This document shows, piece by piece, positions 48,831 through 63,900 of a DNA stretch of 64,000 nt. Every line of letters begins with the position of its first letter. Within the stretch, counting starts at the first letter, position 1. Below the pieces are notes generated by a model. The model was not told where the DNA came from. It did no database searches and worked only from the letters and a program-made list of their open reading frames with translations. Source of the stretch: Trichinella spiralis (lineage: Eukaryota); assembly GCF_000181795.1 (NCBI RefSeq), contig NW_003526941.1:7822120-7886119 (forward strand), written 5' to 3'. A program made the translations under genes and the position numbers.

Positions 48831-49454
48831 ATGGTCATTCATTATGTGTATCTGTTGCTCAATTTCAATGTTATTTTTGAATCTTTGGCCGATATGAAAT
48901 CAAATTTGAAAATTGATGTGAAAGAGAAGCCTGAATCGTGCAACAGGAAATCCAAGAAAGGTGATGCACTGCATGTGCATTATAAGGTGAAGTCGTTAAC
49001 AAATATTAAGTATTGTCGTTGGATAATTTGATATTTTTTATCTTTTAGGGCAGTCTTGCTGACGGTACAGAATTTGACAGTAGTTACAATCGAAATCAAC
49101 CGTTTATTTTTACCATTGGAGCAGGTCAAGTTATTGGTGGATGGGAAAGTGGCTTGCTAAAGTAAGTTGTTTGGACTGTTTTATGCAAAACGTGTTGTTT
49201 CAGGCAATAGGTTTTCTTTTTGTTGTCTGTTGTAAAAATTTCCTTGTTTTAGCATGTGTGAAGGTGAAATCAGGCAGTTGATAATACCACCCGAATTAGG
49301 CTACGGCGATAGAGGCGCACCTCCAGTTATTCCACGTAAGTGTGTATTTTCATATTGAAGGCATTGTAAAATCTCGAATTGTATTTTAGCGCATTCAACG
49401 CTGCATTTTGAAGTGAAATTGTTGAAAATTGACAGGCCAACGAATGAACTTTGA
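48831..49454 (+). CDS. FKBP2: ER FK506-binding peptidyl-prolyl isomerase FKBP2/FKBP13
   Basis: Signal peptide, [57 protein letters not shown] and a C-terminal TNEL ER-retention-like motif; 4 exons. Confidence 0.93.
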
Positions 49455-49640
49455 AATGCAGCAAGAAATTTTTATATTAACTACTGTTGCTTTTAGATTG
49501 TTCACTATTTTAATGTTATTATGCATAATCGAAAGGAGTGATATAATATTTCGAAATTTATTCGATTAACCAGATTTTTCAATAAATGTTAACTGTTCGA
49601 ATAGATTTGCAGCCGTCGTATGCATTACAGTTTGGTAAAA

Positions 49641-50237
49641 TTACTTCGTTCCAGTGGAAAACAGTGCTGCTAATCCACTTGCCCCACCAACTGATAATAC
49701 GTAATTCCAGCTTCCTGTTATACTACGAAACATGTAGAAAGAAAAGAAAATCATAACAAAAGTGAAAAGCGCATTGTTGAAAAACATGCTCAGCATGGTA
49801 GCTTCGAAGTCTGCAACTTCGTTTTTCTTCCAAAGTATGCGCTCATCCCGATCTTTCTTGTTCATCTTTTTGTCATCAGAGTACTGCTTCATGATTTCTC
49901 GCGTAACGCCGTCTTCTCTTTTCTGTGCAATTCTGAAATACAATACTCAACTTTATGCGCGAATTGATAAAGTGGCTTCAATTTACTGATGCTTCAAAAT
50001 AAATTTAACATTTCTATACGCAAATGCCATCAACCAGGTAGAAACAAATGTCATAAAGATCCAAATCAAAAAACTTGCGCTGACTTCCTGACCATGAATA
50101 CGCCAGAATAACCACAGTGGGACGACACTAACGACAAATGCGTTTCCATAGAAAAGAGCGGAACTTTTAGTAGAAACGTTGCGGGAAAAATCCTGCAGCA
50201 GCAATTCCTCTTCTTTCGTTAGACGTTTGTTTGCCAT
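49641..50237 (-). CDS. SSR3: Translocon-associated protein subunit gamma
   Basis: [26 protein letters not shown] and [17 protein letters not shown] signatures; two exons. Confidence 0.96.
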
Positions 50238-52913
50238 AATTCTCTGAAATTAAAAATGCAAACAATTCTATTATCACAAAAAGTGAAAAACAATTATGAA
50301 AATTTTATTTAAAAAAAAAGAGGCGCAGCAGTATAGAATACAGCCAAGATTTATGAATAAAATAATGTAAAACATAAACATTGCTACGTGTAAGTTACTG
50401 TAAATTTTTACATTTTGCTACTGTAGGTTTAAGCATGAAGCAAAAAAGCCATATTTAGTTATTTTTCACTTTGAGAAAAAATCATAAATTTAAATGCGAT
50501 GAAAAATCAGACAAAAATTATATAATTTTTTACATTAAACTTGAAATATTTAAATAGCTGAATAGAGTAAAATTAAATGCAATCAATTTTTGCAATAAAC
50601 TATTGCAAATTAATGGTATAACACATTCAGATAATTAATTAATTTATTTATATTTCAAATTTTCATAATATTTTATTTTTATAGTTCAACTAACTCTTCA
50701 TCAAAATTGGCCATCATTTACGGTATTTATCTGTTTGCTTTCTTTGACTGCAGTTATTTTATACTTCTCTGAATATTATCTATATTTATATATTTAAATA
50801 TTGAACTAAGTAATATTATCAAAAAAAATTACTCTGATGTTCTTTGAGCATACTGTAAAATCATATTTAACAATATAAATGGATAATAAAAAATGAATAA
50901 CATTTTGAAATTATTATGCATTAATAATGTTTTAAAATAATTACAAGACTTGAAATCAAATAATTAGCAGATATGTAGTATTTAACTTTAGGCCACCATT
51001 AATGGAAATAAGGTTTTATTTTGTTCATTATTGTCAGAAACTCGAGATTTGTTTGCCTGTGAGGCGGTTGTGCATTCGGTTAACCGTCTTTGCTGATAAT
51101 TGTAATTCTACTTCACACAACTATAATATTATTTCTTCTCTACTTGTAAGTGATTTTTTCGTATATTCTAATGCGTGAATTTATTTTGAATTAATGTGTT
51201 TTATGTGAATTTTAATTAATCAAAATACTTTATAAAGTTTTTAATAAAATATTTTTCTTCTTTCTATTAATTGTTGTTCTGTATAATGAGTTTTTATATA
51301 CAAGTATTGAATAATACATTTGGTTGAAGTTAAATGTAAAAGATTTCTTTAAGAACTAGATCGATATGTCTGAGGATGAGTTGTTTTCTTTTTTTTTGTA
51401 GTCTTTATATAGATGGAATACATTGTTGTTAAGGTTTGCATAATCAGGTGAATGTTCGCTCATAATTGAAACAAATTTGAATTGAAATTCTCTATGCTGA
51501 AGTCTTAATATACGTTTGAACTCATTTGACCAATACAAATTTCATCTGATAACTTTACATTCTTACACTTTGCTTGTTTTGTAAAATGAAATGTCTCATT
51601 GTAAGCAGAAGTAAAGAGTAATTGTAAGCATTAAAAAGATTTATTTTTTGTTTCGTCATTATTTTTCATTTTTGTTTGTTACTCCATTCTTATTTGTACT
51701 ACTTTGCTCTCGACATTGTAACTTTGTTGTTTGACTTTATGCCTATTTTCAATTAAATGATCAGTTTCAATCCTCAAGGCTTATTTTCTTCTAGAAATAT
51801 TTAACCTTCTATCATACAAAAACTGGGTTGAAAAAAGCTTTATCTTCTGATGTTTTCCAGATAGTAAAAGATACAAAATTGGATAGGTTTTGTACGGTTC
51901 ATTAAATTTAATATCACTGTCAGAATTAGATACTTTAAATTAAATCAGATTTATCACTAGCAAGTATACGTGTTAATGATATCTCGATTTAATTTTCATA
52001 CAGCCGGAAAGCACTGGAAAATTTAGAAACACTTTAACTTGGGCTTCAGCATGTTATGTATATGACATTAGTTCCAATGCTTTCTGTTCAAGGTTATTTG
52101 AACAAAGCAGTTAATTGTGATAATAGTGAAGAAGGTGTATATTAATTTTGAATGAAGCTTTAAAATCAAATTACGATGCGTTATCTTTTTTTGACCATGA
52201 TTTATTTTAAATTTACTTCCATGATTGATAGCTAGAATTTCTGCTTATGTAAAATGTGGTTTACATTAAGTGACCAATTTGTAAAAATTATTATGAAAAT
52301 CACATTTCTTAATATTACTCTTTAATGCATTACTGTAAGGTTGTCAGGCTCAATTTTTTTAACTGGCCTTTAGTTCAGTTTACTGTATGCGTTGAGACGG
52401 GAGGTGCTCAGTTTCACATTCGTTGTTCGTTCTGTTCCCCACGTCTTTACGTGGTGTTGTAAATTATTTTTCAGTGTTAAATTTTTATTTTTGCTGCATT
52501 TATTTATATTTTAGCTACATTTATTTATATTTAAGTTATTACTTTTTAATATAAATGTATTATTTTTGTTATTTTATAATTATATTTGCCATTTGCGCAT
52601 ATTCATAGTACGGTTTTGTTAATTCTAAAGTATTAAGTTATGTCGCTATTTTAATGCAGTGCTTGTTAGTTTCCCTTTCTGATTCATAGAATTCTTCTTT
52701 TAAATATTTTAATTAATTTGTTTCAACAATTCATGGTTGTTTGTTCCGCATATGCTGTACTGATTACGTTTAATGCGCGTTACGTTAAAGACAGCTACTT
52801 TTTTGAACGAGCGAGAGTTTTTGGAATGTAATTGTTTTTCTCCATATTAATTTGATACTTTACATTAATTTTGTGATTTTTAATATTAGTATGTAAATAT
52901 TTTAGAACTGAAA

Positions 52914-54916
52914 ATGAAAATTGACGTGACATCTGTTCGAAAGCAAACAGCTCAAGCTGTAAGATTATTTTGCTTTTTTCTCATATTCTGTAAATATATA
53001 TATATATGTGTTTTAGCCCAGTGACTGTTTGAAACAAATTAGCGAAATTCTTTCTGCTGATGAAAGCTCTATCGCTGATTTTCTCATCAATGTCAAAACG
53101 TGGAGTTGGAGCAAGGTAGCCAAGTTCGTTTTCGTTTATTTCCGATTATAATATTCATTTTTTATTTAGAGCGAATTATGTCATTGGATTCCTGTTCTTA
53201 ATCGTTTTGATGATTTTCTGGCGCAGGCTTGTGTTCGGAAAGAAGATAATGAGTGGCGTCTGCACTGCGATCAGAGACAAGTAAGTTTTTGAATTGTGAA
53301 TTTAAAGCATTTTTAGTTTTTTGAGTTTTTAAACCATGTTTTTATATATTATTTTTTCTAAATTTCATTTTACTTATAATGTGGTTTAATTTATAATGTT
53401 ACTTTGTTCTTCAACCGAAGTATGTTTTATCTGAATTCGTTTCATTTTAACTATTATATTTAGATTCTTCAATTTTCTTTTTCAAATCTGATTCATTACT
53501 TCCGCTTTATGTTGATGAACGTTTGCATCACCTATCTGAAATAAGGTTACTTTCTGTATCGAAAGATCATTATTTCAATTTTAATAATCAGAGAAAAAGG
53601 GTGTTTTATTTTCATTTTTTTTGGTTGTCGAAATAAATGAATTTATGGGGCACTGTAGTTTACTGTATTTGTTGTTCAAGTTCGAACGGTGAAAATATGA
53701 AGTTACAAATTTTAAAATTTTCAATTTTAATATTTTGTTTGTTAATAATGTATTTCTTTTAGTGTTTTAATATTTTGTTTTAAATGTTTAAATATGGGTA
53801 TTCAGTATGAAATTTCAAAAGAAGATTTCAGTGTTTTTGAGTGATTTTTGATATTTCAGTTGTAGTAGGTTGTGTCAAATGTAAATTAATTGCATTAAGT
53901 TTGTTAACAAATGTTATATTTTGTTTATTTGCATCATTTTTAAAGTAAAGAAATGTGAAAAAATGAAATTGTCAAGTTTCATTATTCATTGCCAGTAGTT
54001 TAGCGTATAATTAGTAATTGGTTTTAATTTTTTATTTTTTAGGAGAAACTGGTTATTGGTATATTGCAGTTTACTGCACTTCTTTTTGAGAACACTTTTT
54101 CACGTGACATTTACAATTCCATGGAGGTGAGAAAAAATTTGATTTAATTTGTTTTCATCTCATTATACAATTGATGTTTTTAGCACATTGTCGTATTGCT
54201 GGAATCGAGCAGCATTTCAATTTTAGCTGCCACTTTGAATTTGATCAATGTATTCAGCAAGCGATCTACATTTTTGTCGCGTTTAAGTAAAGATCTGCAC
54301 GAGGAGTTGAAAACACGCATGCTTGCTATTGTTGAAACTTGGGGTGGTCCAGAGTTTGGTTTGACTTTGTCGATTTGTTGCCGTCGAGACGTTGAGATTC
54401 CATCAGCTCTTACAACTCTGACATTTGATGTCGACGATGACGAAATAAATTTAACTAATCCTGTAATTGTTAAAATTGATTTTTACTTTTTTTAATTACA
54501 AGAATATTTTTCATTTTTTAGAAAAATGATAATGATAAGGGAAGTTCTCGACGTACTATCCGGTTTGTCGAAGTGCACAAGGTAACATTTTAGTTTTCTT
54601 GTTATGTAATAATTTCGTGACTCCAATAACTCGGTTCTATAGCAAAAGCGTACGCCTGCTCAGTGGATGCAGGAGCTAATTTCTAAAGGCATAACTCTCC
54701 CAGCGGACAAAAAAGTAAACAATAAATGTATTTTTTTGATTTTGCAGTTTTACAATACATATTTTGTTTATAGTTTCTGCTGTTTCACCGCCTTAGAGTG
54801 GCCTATGCTTTTGGTAACTTCGAAACTCGTTTGCTCATGGTAATATGCCGGCTCAAGGCGGTGGCTATTTCTGGTATGAGAAATTCGGTTGATATTGAAA
54901 AAAAATGTTCTCTCTG

Positions 54917-54955
<39 letters not shown>

Positions 54956-57900
54956 TTAGTCTACATTAGCAGCTTTACTGACTTTGAGTATCGCCTGCTG
55001 AATACAGGACTGGTTATCCAAATGCTGGACGTCTTGAAATTGCCTGATTTGCCAGAGTTGATGGCAGTACGTGCGGAGGTATTCCGTACGTTGGGCACTT
55101 TTTTCAGTCATGTTCGTACGGGAATTTGGACAGAAGTAGTCGATCCGCTTGGATTGACTTTTTTTCATGGGTTTTTGCCTACGTTAACTCGCAGTTGCGT
55201 AAACGAATTACTTGGTAAAAAAATTTTTTTTTGTTTTTACCCTTTTATTAATTTTAATTTTTTTATCATTTCTTTTTTTCATAGAACATTCGTCGAACTT
55301 GCCGGTGAAATATCCGCATTATTTTTCAACAGCGTTATTTTCTTTCTTATATTACTTAGCCAAATATGATCGAAATGGTATTACGATGTCTTTTTTACAA
55401 TTTGATGTTTTGCCCCTACACTTGTAATAATGAATTGGTTTTTCAGGTGCACAAGCTTTGACTACTAGTGGAACGGTGGAGGTGTTGTTAAAAGTTGTTA
55501 GCTCATCAGCTGCTCGGGGCGAAGGATTGACAGTAATATTCACTTTGAAAATTATTGAATTAAAAATAATCATGAATGTTTAATTTTTATTTTTTTTAAC
55601 AGTTCGTCACTCGAGCAGTTCGTATTATTGAGATGACTTTGACACCTACAGATTCGATGACGTTTCAGAATTTAAATGGAATACAGACGTTTATACATAG
55701 ATTGTCGGTAAGTGAAATGCGTTTTTTTTTTCTTTTTTTTTTCTTTAATTGTTGTATGAAATTTAGGATGAAATTGATCACTGTCGTCGTGCACTTGGTC
55801 ATCCACTGTCAAGCAGTGATGATTCGTCAATTCATGCTCCTGGTACATCCGGTTCGAATGTTCTGCAGCAATCGAATGATGCTCTTAAAGGCAAACCTTT
55901 ACCTTTCGCCATATCAAGTATTGTATAGATTGAATAATAATTTTGGGTTACAGGTGATGCACAAGCACTTTCATTTCAAAGTGCTGCTTTGATTAAGTCT
56001 TTACTGAGTTTTATGAAGAAAATTATCCAAGATCCGCAGTTTTCAGAATCAGTTCGACATAGTAAGCTGATATATTTTATATGCTTATATCTTTTTTTTC
56101 ACTTTTACATTTTGTAATTTGTTTTAGTAATGGACAGTAACTTTTCGAATTGTTTGTCACACATTATTCAAAATTCCCTATTTTATGGACCATCTTTGTT
56201 CTTGCTGGGTAAATTGTGATTAGAAAGTTTTTTTTTATCTGAATAATATGTTCATAACATTCCACATACGCACATCAACACTGATCCGTTTCTCTTTTTA
56301 GCAATGAGTTGTGTTGCGTCATTTATATTGCAAGAACCATCTCAGTTGTCACAACTGCAGGAACGAGGACTGACAACAGAGATTTTAGAAGCTTTATTTA
56401 GAAATGAGGTGCGTTCCATGATTAATAGCTACGTTGGTTATGAAGTAAATAATAATGAATATACGCTTCTAGATACCTACTTCACGGGAGATCGTGTCAT
56501 CTTTACCAAATATTTTTTCTGCACTGTGTTTGAACGAACGTGGTGTTTCCCAATTTTTGAGTTATTCTCCATTTAAAACGCTATTTACTTTGTTAATCTC
56601 CCCAAACTATCTGAATGCTCTGCGAAAAGTTCGAAGTCTGGAAGATGTGAACAGTAAGGCCCTTTTTTTTTGGTATTTTCCCATACGCTTTATGAGATTC
56701 AATTTTAGATACGGCTTTTATTCTTGGTTCGATGATCGACCAACTTCTGCGACACCAACCCCGTCTGAAATCAGATGCTATTCATGCTGTTGTCGAGGTG
56801 TGTATATGTGATCATGTTGATGTTGATGATCGCGTATTTGTTGTCTTTTGTTTTCTTTCGACTAAAAAAATCTTTATTTCTTGTTTTAGTTATTGAGACA
56901 GTTGGCCGTAATGTGTAAATGTAGAGGAGTTACTTGCGCCGAAGAGGCAGATGTATCCGGTAGAAATAGACGCCGACCACAATTTCCAACCGAACATCCA
57001 TTACCGTTCAGTCGCCTTGGGCACAACGATAGCGACCAGTCAGATCCCGATGACAGTGAAAGTGGACCTGTGCCATCTTTGGTGCTCAGCTCTCCAAATG
57101 GCAATTCGTAATGCACAGCATCTTTTTGATACCTTTGTTCGCAATGTTTGTATTTGTGTAATTATGAGAAACCTTTTTGCAGCAGTGAAAATAGCAGCAG
57201 TCGTAATGATTTGTCGAATGAGCAGGTCGTCCCGTTGGTGGATTATTTTGAAAATGTTTTAAAATTTCTGCATGGTCTTTTCAGTCGCAACCAGAATGAC
57301 GAACATGCCAGGTATGGTGATGGTTTTTGTTTCTGTTTTTTCAATTTTAATTAATGATATCAATCATCTGTTTATCAGTCTGATTGATTTGTAATGTGTG
57401 CGATATACGCTTTTCAGATTGTTTCTCAATCTCGGAGGTATGTACAGTCTGGTCGATTTGATTGGCTGCGGCAATATACCTGTTGATTACATGGGCGGGC
57501 AATTGTATTATTTATTGGCCACTATTTGCCGACAGCTTTACGTAAGCATATTTTTTTACTCAGAAGATTATGATTTCTTTTTTGTTTTTATATAATTTTG
57601 GAGAATAATATTTAACAGGAGAAGATTGTGCAGATTTAAATGAATAAATTGTCGTCCTTTAGGTGGTGACCCATAATCCATTGGTATTCGAGGGAATATT
57701 TTCTTCGGCACTCGATCGAGCCAGGGCTGTGAAGAACTTATTTTCCTATCACAGCAAAACTGCTGATCGACCGGATGTTCGTCACTCGGTGTTGGTGAAG
57801 CACTTTCCCGATGGAGTGCAAACAGTCGAATCTACAGTATATAGCAGTAGTCAATTTTCTGCAGTGTTCGATTTGTTCAACCACATCTATGTTCTATCGT

Positions 57901-60900
57901 GCATGTTGACGACGATCTTCCAACAGGTGTGTGTGTGGGGGGGGGGTTGTGTGTTTTGGTTTTTGTTTAGCATACTGTATTGAGAATTGTTGTTGTTTTT
58001 GTTTGTGGAATTTTAAGGGAGAAAATCGATCAATCATTTTGAAGACAATTAACGAATTTCCACTTGTCGAAACTCTGGTCAAAGTTCACCTGGTGTTGCT
58101 GTTGGAGATGGGCTGCGTTGCTTCGGCAACCGAGGAAGCCGTACGTCGAAACGGACCTGTGTCGGTCAGTCAATTTATGAAGGACGGCCACACTTTGGAT
58201 GCCAAATCGTTTCCCGGTGCTAATGGTTCATATTATTTTATTTTATTTGTTTATTGAATGGAAAATATGCATCATTTATGCATACAAGAAAGTTGTCATT
58301 TTTTTAGATACTCTTTCCATGCAACTACTTCGTCGTGCGGTGATGAATGAATTGCCCAACGATTCAACTACTTGCAATCATTCGAAAAAGTCGACAGCTT
58401 TACGCTGCTTTCCGATGGAATTGTATTTTTGCGAACGGTAAGCGAGGAGAAGCAGATTTTATTTTATTATTATTTTTTCCTTCTTTTCATTTATCATATT
58501 GCACAACATGTAGCCTTTTGATTTGCAAATGATCGAATAATTTGTGAATTTATTCCATTTTCGTTGATTTAATTTAATTTAAATTGTTCTGTTTTAGACT
58601 GATTTTGCAGTTGAAGTTTTTCTTCGGTCGTTTGGCAAAATTGACGCAGACCAACCGTCCTGGAATTCCTGGACGACGCTTTGCCCAATTCGCGGATCGT
58701 ACTGCTGTGACTGTTGAAGGCGACAAGGCGATGACACATCTGGTCAAAACCTTATGCTCGATTAACAAAGTTAGCATAAACTCGAAGAATTTAGATGCAT
58801 GGTATTGAAAAAAAATTTTTTTTTGTCTTTCTGATTTATTATTATCAATTTTTTCTCTTCAATTTTTCATTTTTATCGTTCAAGTTTGTACATTTGCACG
58901 GCAACGCTGGAATTGCTGAACGATATCTTTTTGGATTATGAACATTTGCACGTAACACCGGTTATTGAGTTCTTCCAAAGAGTTTCCACTTTTCAAATGC
59001 TTCAGTAAGTTTTAACTTTTAATGGTTAATAATTGAATGATTTATTTATTTTTCATCATCTAAAATGCTGTATTTTTAGAAATTTGTCCAATATAGTGGA
59101 CAGTGACAGACTTTGGTTGGGTAAAGATAAATATGGAAAAAGTTGTGGTAAGTTGAACATCAGTTATGCTGTTTCAGCGGATAGATTATAAATAAATATG
59201 TACATTTTTAAGGCTCAGACGCCCGCGGCTTTATTTCTGATGTATTGGTGCTGATAGACAAACTGATCAGAGGGAAGCATTTTGACCATCGAAGTGAATC
59301 TGAAGGGCGTTCCTCGTTTCCGAACACGCCTCATCCCGTGATCATCAGCAGTCTTAGCAAGGTGAGTTGATGGCAGTCTATGAATAATTAATTATTATGT
59401 GTGAAAAAAGAAAAGAGAAAACAAATTTATGTATAATATACATGCAGTATATTTGAATCGGTTGATTGTTTTCATTTATTTTTTGTAGTTTATGTACAAA
59501 ACGCTGATCAGCCTCTGGCACCGTTTGCCGTCGTCGCCGAAATTGAAGAGCGATGAATCGTTATCTGCTCTTTCTAGAATCACTTTGCACGCGTTGCGTT
59601 ATGAAAGCCGAAAAATTGTAAGTTGAAAATTTTTTTTTATGATTTTTATTTATGTTATATGTTATTTCTTTTCTTATTTAGGAAGAGAGAAAAAGTTCGG
59701 AAAAATCTTCCGTTGTGCAAGCCGAGGTGGAAGTTATTTCCGAGATTTCTCAAATAGTCAATCCGGTGCACTTGCAACAAGTATATCCACTTCGTCGATC
59801 TGTTTGACATTGCTGATTTTTCTAATGGCGTTCATGTTCATTTGATTTTCAGTTAATGGATGTGGGTTTCAGTCAACAGCTGGCAACTGAAGCTTTATCG
59901 CGACTGCCCAATGTGGACCAGGCTGCAGAATATTGTCTGTACGCCTCCTCGAATCGAGCCCTTGTGCAGGTGGTACTTTTGTTATGTTATGTTATAGTTA
60001 CTGTCAAAATTAAATTTGTAAATTTTTTTTCTTTCTTAACAATTCAGCATGACAATCAAGCGGATGTTGGTGACGATGAAGAGCAGTTGCGACAGGCAAT
60101 TGCTTTGTCTTTAATGACCATGTCTTCCTCCGGTGGTGAACAACAACAGCAACGACCGGTACTTGTATCATTTTGTTGTTGATTTTATTATTTTTTCATT
60201 GAGGATTTTTTAAAATTATTGTTTTTTGCATTTGGTTTGCTTTTTTTATGCAGCCCGAGATTCAAGCAGCTGCTGCTGGTAGTAGTGGTAGTAGTAGCAG
60301 TAATCAACGAGGTGTCGGCTTCCGACAACAGCCTTCAAGGGAGGAAATCAATGCTACTATTGAAGAGTTTTTGACCGGCAATCGTACTCAAATGATGGAC
60401 ATTGGTTCGTTTCCGCCGCTGTTTGAGCAGATAGAGAGGCAGTTAGAGATGGAAATAGAATTAGAGATGGAACCCAGGACCAGTGGCAGAAATATTCTGG
60501 CACCAGTGATTAGTGCCGGGTCGAACGCTGCCCAAATGCCGCCAGCTTCGTCTTCCGACAAAACTCAGCTGCCCAAGCAAGCATCCAAAACTGCTTCCCA
60601 AAGTGTTGTTCCAAAAGAGCATGATGAGCGTTCGGAAGCGTTTCTCCGTTTTGCCGAGAAGGATTTGTTGCCGTCGTCAATTTTGCTGTTGAAGCGGTCA
60701 CCGAAGCTGGCAGCGGCACTTACACCGTTGTTTAGCATTGTGATAACTTTGTTCGGCTTCAAGAGCGTGAAAACATACTTGTTGATCTTTTGTAATCGGG
60801 TATGGTGGAATTGAAAATTTTATTTTATCATCCAGTAATTTTTCATGCTAATTCATGTCGTCATTTCAGCTGTGCTCGGTAGTTACTGCAACAATGATTG

Positions 60901-63900
60901 AAATTGAACAGATGATGGAAGACCATTCGGACGTTGATCGTACTACTACCATCCTGAGCGATAGTCGATTCGAATTTGAAGAATTATCGACTTTGCTAAA
61001 TTTATTGCATCGTCTATTTGTAGTATGTATTTTTGATAATTTGAGAAAAAAAAACCGTTTTTATTTTTTTCAATTTTCTTCATTCGAGCTTGTTGTTTAT
61101 GTATGACGGCATTTGATTTGATTATAATGATTTTTCTTTCATTTTCCAGCAATTCCAAGTGCCTATGGCAATTATGTTGCATGAGACGAAATTGTTGGCC
61201 AAGTTTGAAGAATTCATCGTTTTAATTGGTTTAAAAAAGAAAAACACGACATTTCTCAGCCTCATGTCAAAACGGTCACAAGCTTGGTTAGCATATATTT
61301 TGCGAATACTTGAATTGCACGTGTATACGTGCGAAGTGGTCGACCGTCTGTTGGCCATACCCAAGGTAATAAATAAAATACAATAATGACTTATTTTTTC
61401 TTGTATAACATTAATTAATTCAATATAAATAGATGATATTTTTTATTTCCATTTTTCTTTTTTGCATATTTTTATTATTCAAGCGCGAGTATATTATTTT
61501 AATTGTTGAATGATAGTTTTTATCTTTTTTATTTTGTTTTTTCCACGCAAATGTTGCATTGCATGTTATGTTGAATATGATAAATATTGCGTGTGTATTA
61601 TAGTGCCGTAATTACGTTTGGAAATTTTGGGATCGACAGTGGTACTGCTATAGTCCAAGTGTGAATCGTAAAATCAACGATGCTTTTATGGGTGGAGACC
61701 AGTATGTATACTTTTCGCAAGGACGGCGTACATATAGAATTGACTTTTTTTTAATGATACAAGTGAGTGTTTTTATAATTTATGTATATGTGTAATGAAT
61801 TGGTTTTTATTTGAAGTTTTGTTATGAAACGAATATTATTCGTAAAGTGATTTGCCTTCGTCCAGAAAACAGCGATGGAAATTCTGCTGGTTAGTGAATA
61901 ATTTTTTTAAAGAATGTTTTATTTTTAAGTTTTATTATATTTCCTGTATATTTCACACCAGATAATAATACTCCAGTTACTTACTGTTATCATCCGTTTT
62001 TAAATTACGTTGATATGGCGACGTTCAAAAAGGAAGATTTAGGCTCGTGCGATAAAGAAATTTTACTAAAGTAAGTATGCACTTATGTATGCACGTATTC
62101 CAATTTTTAAAGAAATTGTTGAAATGACATAATAACCGTGAAAATAAAAAATTTGCTCATATTTATTTTAGCGTTGCTGTGGAGATGATCGGTTCGAGCG
62201 TTCACGCTGAAACACTGCGTGGAATATTGCGAATTATTCTACTTTTGACACGCGATCACTCGCGTACAAAATACATAGTATTTCATGGAACCATTAAGCG
62301 GCTCTTTGCCCTTGACGAAAGTCAAAAATTTGTCGGCGTTGAAGATATGGTGATGCTTCTGTTGCGTCACATCATTGAAGATCCTGACTATTTGCAAAAT
62401 TTGATGGAAAAAGTACAATTGTTTTTCACTTTGTGAAACATTTGCTTATCATATTTTTTAATATTATTGTTTTAATGGGTTCGTTTAATATAATTAATAT
62501 TATATTCAGATAATTGCGAGTCTGCTGACCGGTCATATGGCAATCAGCAATTACACAAGTACTGAATTGAAAGAGTTTTCATGTTTGCTCTGCTTGTTGG
62601 AGCCATTCGCATGTCGCGATATGAATCTGTTTGCGAAGGCATTCAAGAGAACGGCAAAAATTAACATCGCCTCTAACGAAAATCGAAGTAATAATTGGTT
62701 GCATTATTACTGTTTTTATTCATAAGTTTTGATTATTATTTGTTTCAAAATTTTAGCCAACGCTAATAATACCAGTAATAATAGTGGTAGTAATAATAAT
62801 AATAATAACAATAACAACAACAACAACAACAACAACGAAGGCGCTGCTGCCCCTTCGACAGTGTGTTTGGAACTTAGTTGCGCTACACCTTCTGTTGTGA
62901 ACAGCAGATCGCCACATTTGAAGCCGGCAGCATTTGAATTGATAAAAACTTTACTCGAATACATAATGACAAAACAAAAGTCATCCGTATCTAGTGTGGG
63001 TAAGTTTGCACTGAATTGAAACTGACTGCAATGTATTAGATTGGTTTTTTGTTTTGTTTTTTTTTTGCTTTTGATATTTTTGAATTTTTTTATGATGCGA
63101 CGTGTAATTTATTCTTTAGTCAAAGATTCGAGAGCTGAAATGAAACCATCTAGCAGTAGACTGTTTCAGAGGGAATCAGCAGAGGTGAGTTGGAAATTAT
63201 TCTACGGTTGTTATTCGTATTGTCATTCTTGTTGTTTTAGGGAGAAAGTCAATTGGTTGGATCTTTATTGTTTCCAAAACCTTTAGTGATGCTTTATTTA
63301 GCCGAGATTATTCAATGCTATCCTGACGCGGCTTCTGTTGTCGTTAATTTTCGCTTAAATGAATCCGGTAGTTTGAATACTAGCGACGTAAGTGTTGCGT
63401 TTTCGAATTCTATCCATTTACTTGATATTGAATATTGAAAATGAAGGTTTTTAAAAAAGAACATAAATTTCACTTGATACTTACTGTATTACATTAAAAA
63501 TTACATTAATTAATTATTATTATCGGTCGATGTTAGTCATCTGTGGTGGTTTTTATTTTGCTGATTTATTGCTTATGCTTTGTGAAAGGAAAAAAGATTT
63601 GAAATATGATTGATATTCAATTGTAGAATCGATCTCCACTAGCGCATATATTGGATGTGTTGATCGAAGGTGAATTCGAAGAGTGGAAATCCAAAGGACA
63701 GACATTTGTTGATGGTGTTAAGGCAGTTTTCGGCTCTCTAGCTGCCTGTGTGCACTGTGAAGAGTCTCAAGCGGCGGTGGTTTCTGAAATCAAAGCCGCA
63801 TTGGCCCGTGCTCTGGCATTGAACAACAATGAAGTAAAATTGTTTTTCGTTGTGCAGTGGCATTTATTGATTTGTATTTATTCCGTACAATGAAATATTT

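Noticed and set aside
53473..53600. Weak inverted repeat with TGATGA/CTGA in a HUWE1 intron
   Set aside because: The boxes are only ~20 nt apart and the stems are short and AT-rich, not distinguishable from chance by eye.
53862..53875. GTAGTAGGTTGTGT, matching part of let-7b, in a HUWE1 intron (vertebrate HUWE1 hosts let-7f-2/mir-98)
   Set aside because: The seed TGAGGTAG is absent and there is no complementary star arm nearby, so it is probably chance.
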